Translations under genes and position numbers: made by a program
The notes under the pieces: generated by a model
Seen by the model: the letters and a program-made list of their open reading frames with translations, nothing else
Databases searched by the model: none
What the model was told of the DNA's origin: nothing
Part shown: piece by piece, positions 27,790 through 34,644 of the stretch
Layout of the letters: every line of letters starts with the position of its first letter
How positions within the stretch are numbered: the first letter of the stretch is position 1
NCBI GenBank assembly: GCA_965147105.1
Contig: CBCTIZ010000012.1
Coordinates: 52-64,051, forward strand
Source of the DNA: an uncultured Collinsella sp.
GTDB lineage: Bacteria; Actinomycetota; Coriobacteriia; Coriobacteriales; Coriobacteriaceae
Direction: 5' to 3'
DNA: 64,000 nucleotides

Positions 27790-27820
27790 AGTTTTGGATT
27801 CCTTCGAAGGAGTTTGCACC

Positions 27821-28504
27821 ATGAAGTTCTTTATCGATACCGCCAACCTTGACGAGATTGCTGAGGCCAAGAGCTGGGGCTGCCTGGCCGGTGTTACCAC
27901 CAACCCGTCCCTGTACGCCAAGACCGGCGGCAAGCTTGCCGACTTTGAGCCGCATATGCTCAAGATTGCCGAGCTCTGCGAGGGCCTGCCCGTTTCCGCC
28001 GAGTCTACCGCTACCACTGCCGAGGGTATGATCGAGGAGGGCAAGCGCCTTGCCGCCCTCGCCCCCAACATCGTGGTCAAGCTTCCCGTGTGCGAGGCCG
28101 GCCTTGCCGCTTGCCGTGCGCTGGCCGATGCTGGCGTGCGCGTCAACATGACGCTCGTCTTCTCGCCGACGCAGGCCCTTATGGCCGCCAATGCCGGTGC
28201 TCGCTACATCAGCCCGTTTGTCGGTCGTTTCGATGACATCGCCGAGGACGGTATCTCGCAGCTCGACAACGTCGTGACCTGCATTAAGAACTACGACTGG
28301 ACGGGCAAGAACGTCGACGACACCGTCGAGATCATCACCGCCTCGGTTCGTACGCCCAACCACGTGACCCAGGCCGCGCTACTCGGTGCCGATATTGCGA
28401 CCGTGCCCATGGCCGCTCTCAAGAAGTGCCTGCATCATCCGCTGACCGACCAGGGCCTCGCCTCTTTTGAGGCTGACTGGCAGAAGGTCGTCGCTCAGGC
28501 TTAA
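27821..28504 (+). CDS. Fructose-6-phosphate aldolase / transaldolase type 3B family
   Basis: N-terminus MKFFIDTANLDEIAEAKSWGCLAGVTTNPSL. Schiff-base lysine region NIVVKLP. Confidence 0.85.
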   Translation: MKFFIDTANLDEIAEAKSWGCLAGVTTNPSLYAKTGGKLADFEPHMLKIAELCEGLPVSAESTATTAEGMIEEGKRLAALAPNIVVKLPVCEAGLAACRALADAGVRVNMTLVFSPTQALMAANAGARYISPFVGRFDDIAEDGISQLDNVVTCIKNYDWTGKNVDDTVEIITASVRTPNHVTQAALLGADIATVPMAALKKCLHHPLTDQGLASFEADWQKVVAQA

Positions 28505-28567
28505 CGAGTGGATTGCCCCGGCATCGCGTCATCCGGTGCCGGGGTTGTTCTCAAGAGAGGAATTCGT

Positions 28568-29398
28568 ATGACCAACCAGGAGCTGGCGAAGGTCGCCAAT
28601 GAGGTCAGGAAGGGTGTCGTGACTGCGGTTCACGCGGCCAAGTCGGGACACCCGGGTGGATCGCTCGGTGCTGCCGACATCATGACGTATCTGTACTTTG
28701 AGGAAATGAATATCGATCCTGCCGACCCTCACAAGGCCGATCGCGATCGCTTTGTGCTCTCCAAGGGTCACGCGGCGCCGGGCCTGTATTCGGTGTTGGC
28801 AAATCGCGGCTATTTTCCCGTCGAAGAGCTCGAGACGCTCCGTCATATTGGCAGCCGACTGCAGGGCCATCCCAACATGAACGACGCCCCTGGCATCGAT
28901 ATGTCCACCGGATCGCTCGGTCAGGGCATCTCTGCTGCAGTTGGAATGGCGCTTGCCGCTAAGCACTGGGGCGACGGCTACCGTGTCTACACGTTGCTGG
29001 GCGACGGTGAGTGCGAGGAAGGCCAGGTGTGGGAGGCGGTCATGTTCGCCGGCAACCATGCGCTCGACAATCTTGTTGCCGTCGTCGACCACAACGGCTT
29101 GCAGATTGACGGCACGATCGATGAAGTCAACTCGGCCATGCCGCTCGCTGACAAGTTCCGCGCCTTTAAGTGGCATGTGATCGAGCTCGCCGACGGTAAC
29201 GACATGGCGCAGATTGAGGCGGCTTTCGCTGAGGCTCGTGAGGTGACCGGCGTGCCCGTCGCTATCATCGCCGAGACGGTGAAGGGCAAAGGCGTCTCCT
29301 TTATGGAGAACCAGGTTGGCTGGCATGGCAAGGCGCCCAATGACGAGCAGTTTGAGCAGGCCATGGCCGAGCTCGCGGCAGCAGGAGAGGAGCTCTAA
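28568..29398 (+). CDS. Transketolase, N-terminal (TPP-binding) subunit
   Basis: Split-transketolase N-half with SGHPGGSLG and GDGECEEG motifs. Start at ATG 28568. Confidence 0.85.
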   Translation: MTNQELAKVANEVRKGVVTAVHAAKSGHPGGSLGAADIMTYLYFEEMNIDPADPHKADRDRFVLSKGHAAPGLYSVLANRGYFPVEELETLRHIGSRLQGHPNMNDAPGIDMSTGSLGQGISAAVGMALAAKHWGDGYRVYTLLGDGECEEGQVWEAVMFAGNHALDNLVAVVDHNGLQIDGTIDEVNSAMPLADKFRAFKWHVIELADGNDMAQIEAAFAEAREVTGVPVAIIAETVKGKGVSFMENQVGWHGKAPNDEQFEQAMAELAAAGEEL

Positions 29399-30336
29399 TG
29401 GCAGACGTCAAAAAAGTCGCCACGCGCGTAAGCTACGGCGAGGCGCTCGTCGAGCTGGGCAATGAGCACGATGACTTTGTAGTGCTCGATGCCGACCTGG
29501 CAGCCGCTACGCAGACGGGTAAGTTTAAGGCTGCTCATGCTGAGCGCTTTTACGATGCCGGCATCGCCGAGAGCAACCTGATGGGTCTTGCCGCCGGCAT
29601 CGCGACCACGGGCCGCGTTGCTTTTGCGAGCACCTTTGCGATGTTTGCCGCCGGTCGCGCCTACGAGCAGGTCCGCAATTCCATTGGCTATCCGCACCTC
29701 AACGTCAAGATTGGCGCTACCCATGCCGGCATTTCGGTGGGCGAGGACGGCGCCACGCACCAGTGCTGCGAGGATATCGCGCTCATGCGCACGATTCCGG
29801 GCATGACGGTGGTCGTTCCCGCCGATGACGTCGAGGCTCGCGCTTGCGTGCGCGCCGCCTATGAGCTTGAGGGCCCGGTTTACATGCGCTTCGGCCGCCT
29901 GGCAACACCGGTCATTAACGATTACGAGGACTATGAGTTCAAGATTGGTCGCGGCGTGGTCGTGCGCGAGGGGTCCGATGTGACCATCATCGCTTGTGGC
30001 CTTATGGTCGCCGAGGCGCTTGAGGCTGCCGAGGCGCTCGCTGCCGATGGCATCGATGCCGAGGTCATCAACATGCATACGATCAAGCCGCTCGACGAAC
30101 GCCTGGTTGTAGCCAGCGCCAAGAAGACCGGTCGCGTGGTCACTGCCGAGGAGCATTCGATTATCGGCGGTCTTGGCGAGGCCGTTGCCTCGGTGCTAGC
30201 GGAGCAGTATCCGGTGCCGATGCGTCGCGTCGGCGTGCGCGATGTGTATGGCGAGTCCGGCCCTGCGGTCGATTTGCTGCACAAGTACGGTTTGGACGCC
30301 GACGGCATCGAAGCTGCGGTCAGGTCTGTGTTGTAA
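29398..30336 (+). CDS. Transketolase, C-terminal (pyrimidine-binding) subunit
   Basis: Split-transketolase C-half. The ATG overlaps the upstream stop (TAATG). Confidence 0.85.
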   Translation: MADVKKVATRVSYGEALVELGNEHDDFVVLDADLAAATQTGKFKAAHAERFYDAGIAESNLMGLAAGIATTGRVAFASTFAMFAAGRAYEQVRNSIGYPHLNVKIGATHAGISVGEDGATHQCCEDIALMRTIPGMTVVVPADDVEARACVRAAYELEGPVYMRFGRLATPVINDYEDYEFKIGRGVVVREGSDVTIIACGLMVAEALEAAEALAADGIDAEVINMHTIKPLDERLVVASAKKTGRVVTAEEHSIIGGLGEAVASVLAEQYPVPMRRVGVRDVYGESGPAVDLLHKYGLDADGIEAAVRSVL

Positions 30337-30347
30337 GGAAGGTTTCC

Positions 30348-30800
30348 ATGGGATTTGTATCTGCCAACCAAGTGACGATAGGGTATACCGCCGCCTCGCG
30401 CGAGGATGCCCTGCATTATTTGTCCGATCAGGCCGTCGAGCTCGGCTTTGCTGACGACGCATCTGCCGTAGAGGCCGCCTTCATTGCTCGCGAGAACGAG
30501 GCCGAGACCGGCCTCGTCGCCGGTTTTGCCGTTCCGCATGCCAAAAGCGACGCCATCCACACGCCGGGCGTTGCCGTGCTTAAACTGACCGAGCCCGTTG
30601 AATGGCCGAGCTTCGATGGTGTGCCCGTCGATGTTGCGCTCGCGCTGTACGTGCCTGCCGGCGAGGCAGGAACCACGCACCTGCGCTTGCTCTCCAAGGC
30701 TGCCGTGATGCTGATGGACGCCGGCTTCCGTGACAAGGTGCGCGCGAGCACCGATCCCGTTGAGATTGCGGAGCTCATCAATAGCGGACTCGAAGACTAG
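30348..30800 (+). CDS. PTS EIIA component, fructose/mannitol (type 2) family
   Basis: 150 aa. His motif GFAVPHAKS. Confidence 0.8.
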   Translation: MGFVSANQVTIGYTAASREDALHYLSDQAVELGFADDASAVEAAFIARENEAETGLVAGFAVPHAKSDAIHTPGVAVLKLTEPVEWPSFDGVPVDVALALYVPAGEAGTTHLRLLSKAAVMLMDAGFRDKVRASTDPVEIAELINSGLED

Positions 30801-30882
30801 AACGGTCATCCCGTTCAATCAATTGATCCTTCTCCAAGGAAAAGGGCCGCGACGCCGTATGGGTGTCACGGCCCTATTTGCG

Positions 30883-30933
30883 TTTCCCCAGATAAAACCT
30901 GCCAAAATAAACCTGTTCCTTTTTGGCAGGTTA
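30883..30933 (+). repeat. 51-bp hairpin repeat, copy A
   Basis: TTTCCCCAGATAAAACCTGCCAAAATAAACCTGTTCCTTTTTGGCAGGTTA. 12-bp stem AACCTGCCAAAA / TTTTGGCAGGTT. 48/51 identical to copy D. Confidence 0.9.
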
Positions 30934-30999
30934 ATCGGGGACTATTTCACCGCAACTTAGGGCACGGTTAGGAAGTGTGCACCTTAAAGAGTGGAGCCC

Positions 31000-31174
31000 A
31001 TGATTAGAGAGGTCGCGCTCATCTCTCTAAATGTCTCTCTAAAGAGAAGGTTGGTTAGAGAGATAGCATTAGGCAATCTAGCAGCGAATTCGATACATCT
31101 CTCTTAATGTCTCTCTAAAACAAGGCGCTCATCTCTCTAAAGTTAGAGAGATAAGCGCCTTGTTTTAGAGAGAC
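31000..31174. repeat. Iteron-like array: nine TTAGAGAG/CTCTCTAA boxes plus a 31/32 palindrome
   Basis: Boxes at 31004, 31023, 31035, 31055, 31099 (variant), 31111, 31133, 31143 and 31165. Palindrome arms 31109-31140 and 31143-31174 differ at one position. GCGCTCATCTCTCTAAA is repeated exactly at 31015 and 31125. Confidence 0.9.
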
Positions 31175-31357
31175 GGAATGCCAAAATTCGTCCGTCAGCT
31201 ACCATCTGCCAAAAATGACGGATAAAGGGCTCATCGAAGTAATGGGTTCATCGACGAGCCGCAACCGCCGCTATCGGAAGAAGTAGATGCAGCCGAATTG
31301 CCCCTCTATCGTCTCTCGAAGTTTGATGGGTGCTAGAGGGGCGACTGCCTCGCGATA

Positions 31358-31409
31358 TTTTCCCAAGATAAAACCTGCCAAAACAAACCTGTCCCTTATT
31401 GACAGGTTA
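31358..31409 (+). repeat. 51-bp hairpin repeat, copy B (most diverged, 52 nt)
   Basis: TTTTCCCAAGATAAAACCTGCCAAAACAAACCTGTCCCTTATTGACAGGTTA. The terminal TTA is the reverse complement of the larE-like stop codon. Confidence 0.85.
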
Positions 31410-32285
31410 CTGATTCATGGCACCGTGAATGTAGGGGGTGACCTCGGGGGAGATATGGTCGCAGCCCAGTTCGCGCAGCGCGGACTTGATAACGGCGGGC
31501 AGCGGGGTTTTGCCCTCGGCATCGACGGCGTTGCCACCGAGGGCAGCAATCTTGGCGACATCTGCGGGTGCGGCCTCGATATGCATGCAGCCGCCGATCA
31601 AGCGCGCGCGTACCTGTGCCAGATCAAGATCGTGCAGGTAATCCTCGCAGGCGCGGATTAAATCGACTTTCTCGCGCGTAAGCTCCTCGCCCGTGGGGAC
31701 GCGGGTGGCAAGACATGCTCCCGCCGGTAGGTTCCAAACGGGATAGCCCCATGCGCGCAGCAGCTCGCGCTCTTCGTCCTTGGTAAAGCCGACCTCCATA
31801 AGGGGTGAGCGTACGCCGAGCTCTTCTGCCGCACGCATGCCGGGGCGGTAGTCACCGCGATCGCTTGCATTGCTGCCATCGATGACGGTGGGAAAGCCGA
31901 GCGACTTGGCGTGGTTGACGATGGCGGTAAAGCCGGCGTGCTTGCAGTGGTAGCAGCGATTAGCATCGTTGCAGGCTACTTGGGGGAGCTGCAGCTGATC
32001 CACCGAAAGATTGAGCACGGGGAGCTTAAAATGTGCCCCTTCATTGGCCTGCCCATCAACGGACTGCTCAAACGAAGCCTGCTCGGGCGTGCCGATAAGC
32101 GGCGTGGTGAGATGGACGAGAAGAGTATTGGTAGGCATGACGCGGGCGCATACGGCGGCCAAAAAGCTGCTGTCAACGCCGCCGGAAAACCCGATAGCCA
32201 CGCGCCCGTATGCCAAAAGCAGCTGTTCGAGCGCCGATAGCTTGTCTTGAAGCTCCTCTGCGGGTGCCGTGGTGTCTAAAATCAT
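31407..32285 (-). CDS. LarE-like PP-loop ATP-utilising sulfur transferase (TIGR00268-type)
   Basis: PP-loop FSGGVDSS, the DYRPG motif, and a Cys triad (CYHC ... ACLATRVP). Confidence 0.7.
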   Translation of the reverse strand: MILDTTAPAEELQDKLSALEQLLLAYGRVAIGFSGGVDSSFLAAVCARVMPTNTLLVHLTTPLIGTPEQASFEQSVDGQANEGAHFKLPVLNLSVDQLQLPQVACNDANRCYHCKHAGFTAIVNHAKSLGFPTVIDGSNASDRGDYRPGMRAAEELGVRSPLMEVGFTKDEERELLRAWGYPVWNLPAGACLATRVPTGEELTREKVDLIRACEDYLHDLDLAQVRARLIGGCMHIEAAPADVAKIAALGGNAVDAEGKTPLPAVIKSALRELGCDHISPEVTPYIHGAMNQ

Positions 32286-32458
32286 GAAACGATCCTTATC
32301 GTTGAGTACTCGATCGAAAACTATAATCCTAATGCGTTACTTGCCATAAGACTTCTATCTGTGTAACGAAAGTGCAATATGGCATATACGTTATATACAA
32401 GTTGCCAAATGCGGTAGAGTTGCAGCAACGCGACAGCGAGAGTCGATGGGGGACCGAT

Positions 32459-33109
32459 ATGATCAAGGCTGTTATTTTTGACATGGATGGAACGCTGGTC
32501 GATACCGAGCGTTTGGGGATTAAGGCCTGGAAGGCAGGCGCCGCTGAGCTTGGGCTCGCGATTGATGATGCGCTGATCCATCAGTTTATCGGTCGCACGC
32601 TGCCCGATGTCATGGACATCCTTGATGAGCATTACGGCAGCCACGAAACCACCGAGGCGGTCTATGTCCGCCACAAGGAGATTCGCGACGAGATGGTCAA
32701 GACCGAACTGGAACTTAAGGCCGGCGCCGCCGAGTGCCTAGACGAGCTGCTGGCTGCGGGCTATCACGTGGGTCTAGCGACGTCGTCACGCCTCGTTACG
32801 GCCGAGCGCAACCTTAAGATGGTTGGCCTCTTTGACAAGTTTGAAACGGTAACGTGTGGCGAGGACGTCGTGCACGGCAAGCCCGACCCCGAGATGTATC
32901 TGCTCGCCTGCGAGCGCGCGGGCTTTGCTCCCGAGGAATGTGCCGTGGTCGAGGATTCGCGCAACGGTTGCGTCTCGGGCATTACGGCCGGCTGCCATGT
33001 CTTTGCCGTCCCCGATATCGTGCCGCTGCCGCAGGACGTGGTGGATGGCTGCGAGGCCGTGCTCGATACGTTGTTCGACCTGGCGGCGGCAATCAAGACT
33101 GTGCGCTAG
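32459..33109 (+). CDS. HAD-superfamily hydrolase (beta-phosphoglucomutase-like subfamily IA)
   Basis: Motif I FDMDGTLVDTE at the N-terminus and motif IV VEDSRNG. Start at ATG 32459. Confidence 0.8.
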   Translation: MIKAVIFDMDGTLVDTERLGIKAWKAGAAELGLAIDDALIHQFIGRTLPDVMDILDEHYGSHETTEAVYVRHKEIRDEMVKTELELKAGAAECLDELLAAGYHVGLATSSRLVTAERNLKMVGLFDKFETVTCGEDVVHGKPDPEMYLLACERAGFAPEECAVVEDSRNGCVSGITAGCHVFAVPDIVPLPQDVVDGCEAVLDTLFDLAAAIKTVR

Positions 33110-33148
33110 AAAATTGCGGCGTTGAAACGAGCGATTGCTCACGTTTGC

Positions 33149-33196
33149 GCTTAAGCAAAAGGGGTCCGGCAATGGTCGGGCCCCTTTTGCTTAAGC
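33149..33196. terminator. Bidirectional intrinsic terminator between the HAD and LacI genes
   Basis: GCTTAAGCAAAAGGGG(T)CCG / CGG(G)CCCCTTTTGCTTAAGC: a long stem with one mismatch and internal A/T runs. Confidence 0.7.
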
Positions 33197-33222
33197 GGCG
33201 ACTTAGCATACTCGCGGGCGTG

Positions 33223-34332
33223 CTATAGATACGCACCGAGGTTGATGGCCGTGGCGTCGGTCTGGCTGCTTGCCTGGGTGCTTGCGCGTTCCAGTAGGAA
33301 CGGACGTACCAGTTCTTGGCGGTTGATATCCTCGGCGGCGACTGCGGTGACGGTACGCGCTGCGGAGCCGACACGGATATGCTTGATCTTTGCCGGGGCC
33401 TTGTTCTCGATTTGCTCCATCAGCAGTTGGACACCCTTGCGGCCAATCTCGTAGCCCGGGGGCGCTACCGTAGTGAGCGGGACCGATCCGCTCCAAGCGA
33501 GCGGGTTGCCGTCGCATCCGGCCACGCGTACTTGCCCGGGGACAGAGATGCCCTTGTCGACCAGTGCCGAAACGACGCCCGAGGCCAACACATCGGTCAG
33601 GCCGACGACAAAATCGGGACGTTCGTCCGCGGGGCGCTCGGCGATTTGGTTGCCGATACCATAGCCGTCGGCCGCCGTGTTCCACTCGCCGGCGTCAATG
33701 ACTTCGATCTTGATATCGGGGTGCAGGGCGAGCGCCTTATGAATGCCAAGGACGCGCAGGGTGAGTTGCATAAATACTGCTCGGCCGACGACGACAATAT
33801 GGTGCGCGCCGCGGGCGATAGCAAGTTCGGCAATGATGCGACCCTGGGCCTCGTTGTCGGCCGCTACGTAGTAGCCGGGCTCGGAGCAATGGATGTCCAG
33901 ATGGACGATCGGCACGGGCATCTTGGTCATGGCGGGGTGCCAGTCGGGGGATGCCATGGGCTGAACCATGACGCCGGACATCTGGGTGCCCATAAAGTAG
34001 CGCAGGTAATGGTCCTCGAGAATATCGTCGTTATCGGCGTTGGCGATGAGCAAGTCGTAGCCGTGCTTGCGGGCCTCGTTGTGGGCGCCGCTGGCGATTT
34101 GGAGCGAAAAGCCGTGATCGAGACGGGGGAGCACCAGGCCAAAGGACTTGGTGGTGCCGCCTGCGAGCTGACGGGCGCTTTGGTTGGGCAGGTAGCCAAG
34201 GCGATTGATGGTCTCGTTGATGAGCTTGAGGGTCTCGGGGCGCAGCTTTTCGGGGTGGTTGAGCGCGTTGGAAACCGTGCCCAACGAAACCCCGGCCTCG
34301 CGCGCGACGTCGCTGATTTTTACCTTTGCCAT
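33223..34332 (-). CDS. LacI-family transcriptional regulator
   Basis: Only the 3' 369 codons of track ORF 33223..36177 are real. They begin MAKVKISDVAREAGVSLGTVSNALN (HTH) at ATG 34332. The upstream part of that ORF is antisense to glmS. Confidence 0.85.
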   Translation of the reverse strand: MAKVKISDVAREAGVSLGTVSNALNHPEKLRPETLKLINETINRLGYLPNQSARQLAGGTTKSFGLVLPRLDHGFSLQIASGAHNEARKHGYDLLIANADNDDILEDHYLRYFMGTQMSGVMVQPMASPDWHPAMTKMPVPIVHLDIHCSEPGYYVAADNEAQGRIIAELAIARGAHHIVVVGRAVFMQLTLRVLGIHKALALHPDIKIEVIDAGEWNTAADGYGIGNQIAERPADERPDFVVGLTDVLASGVVSALVDKGISVPGQVRVAGCDGNPLAWSGSVPLTTVAPPGYEIGRKGVQLLMEQIENKAPAKIKHIRVGSAARTVTAVAAEDINRQELVRPFLLERASTQASSQTDATAINLGAYL

Positions 34333-34380
34333 AGCGGCCCCTTTGATGCGTTTCAAGTACAAGCCAGATTGTAGCATCCC

Positions 34381-34431
34381 AAACCTTCCAAAAAGGGACA
34401 GGTTTATTTTGGCAGGTTTTATCTGGGGAAA
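34381..34431 (-). repeat. 51-bp hairpin repeat, copy C (inverted orientation)
   Basis: The reverse complement reads TTTCCCCAGATAAAACCTGCCAAAATAAACCTGTCCCTTTTTGGAAGGTTT, 47/51 identical to copy D. Confidence 0.9.
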
Positions 34432-34644
34432 CGCTGTTGCCAGCGCGACCACCACGAAGGGGGCAGGTACCTTTGTGGTGGTTTGGACCGGCTGGACGTG
34501 TGTGCATCGGGTGGTATCTAAGTTGAGATACCACTTCTGGTATATCAGCTTGCGCTTGCGTGAGTACAATACTCGAACGTTATACGTCTCAGCGCCTCCC
34601 GTGCGTGGACGTCTTGCAGTCACGCGAACGAAGGGATTTATCCT

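Noticed and set aside
30883-30933. Sigma-54 promoter inside the 51-bp repeat (TTGGCAGG…)
   Set aside because: The TGGCA is not followed by TTGC at the required 5-nt spacing in either orientation, and sigma-54 is not expected in this lineage.
31000-31107. 35-codon ORF (MIREVALISLNVSLKRRLVREIALGNLAANSIHLS) inside the iteron module
   Set aside because: Its sequence is dictated by the DNA repeats, the RBS is weak, and it has no resemblance to known small proteins or type I toxins. I treat the region as non-coding unless ribosome profiling says otherwise.
30934-31357. Chromosomal origin, dif site or tRNA-linked attachment site
   Set aside because: There are no DnaA boxes (TTATCCACA-like), no dnaA/dnaN nearby, no XerCD dif-like 28-mer, and no adjacent tRNA or integrase. 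Iteron function therefore remains unassigned rather than attributed to these.
34432-34644. glmS ribozyme upstream of glmS
   Set aside because: An AGCGCC string occurs at about 34590, but it is only ~55 nt from the ATG. The conserved downstream core (P2.1/P2.2 pseudoknot, GACGAGG-type segment) is absent. Two small hairpins (34447-34482, 34512-34533) are not diagnostic. An Infernal scan with RF00234 would settle it.
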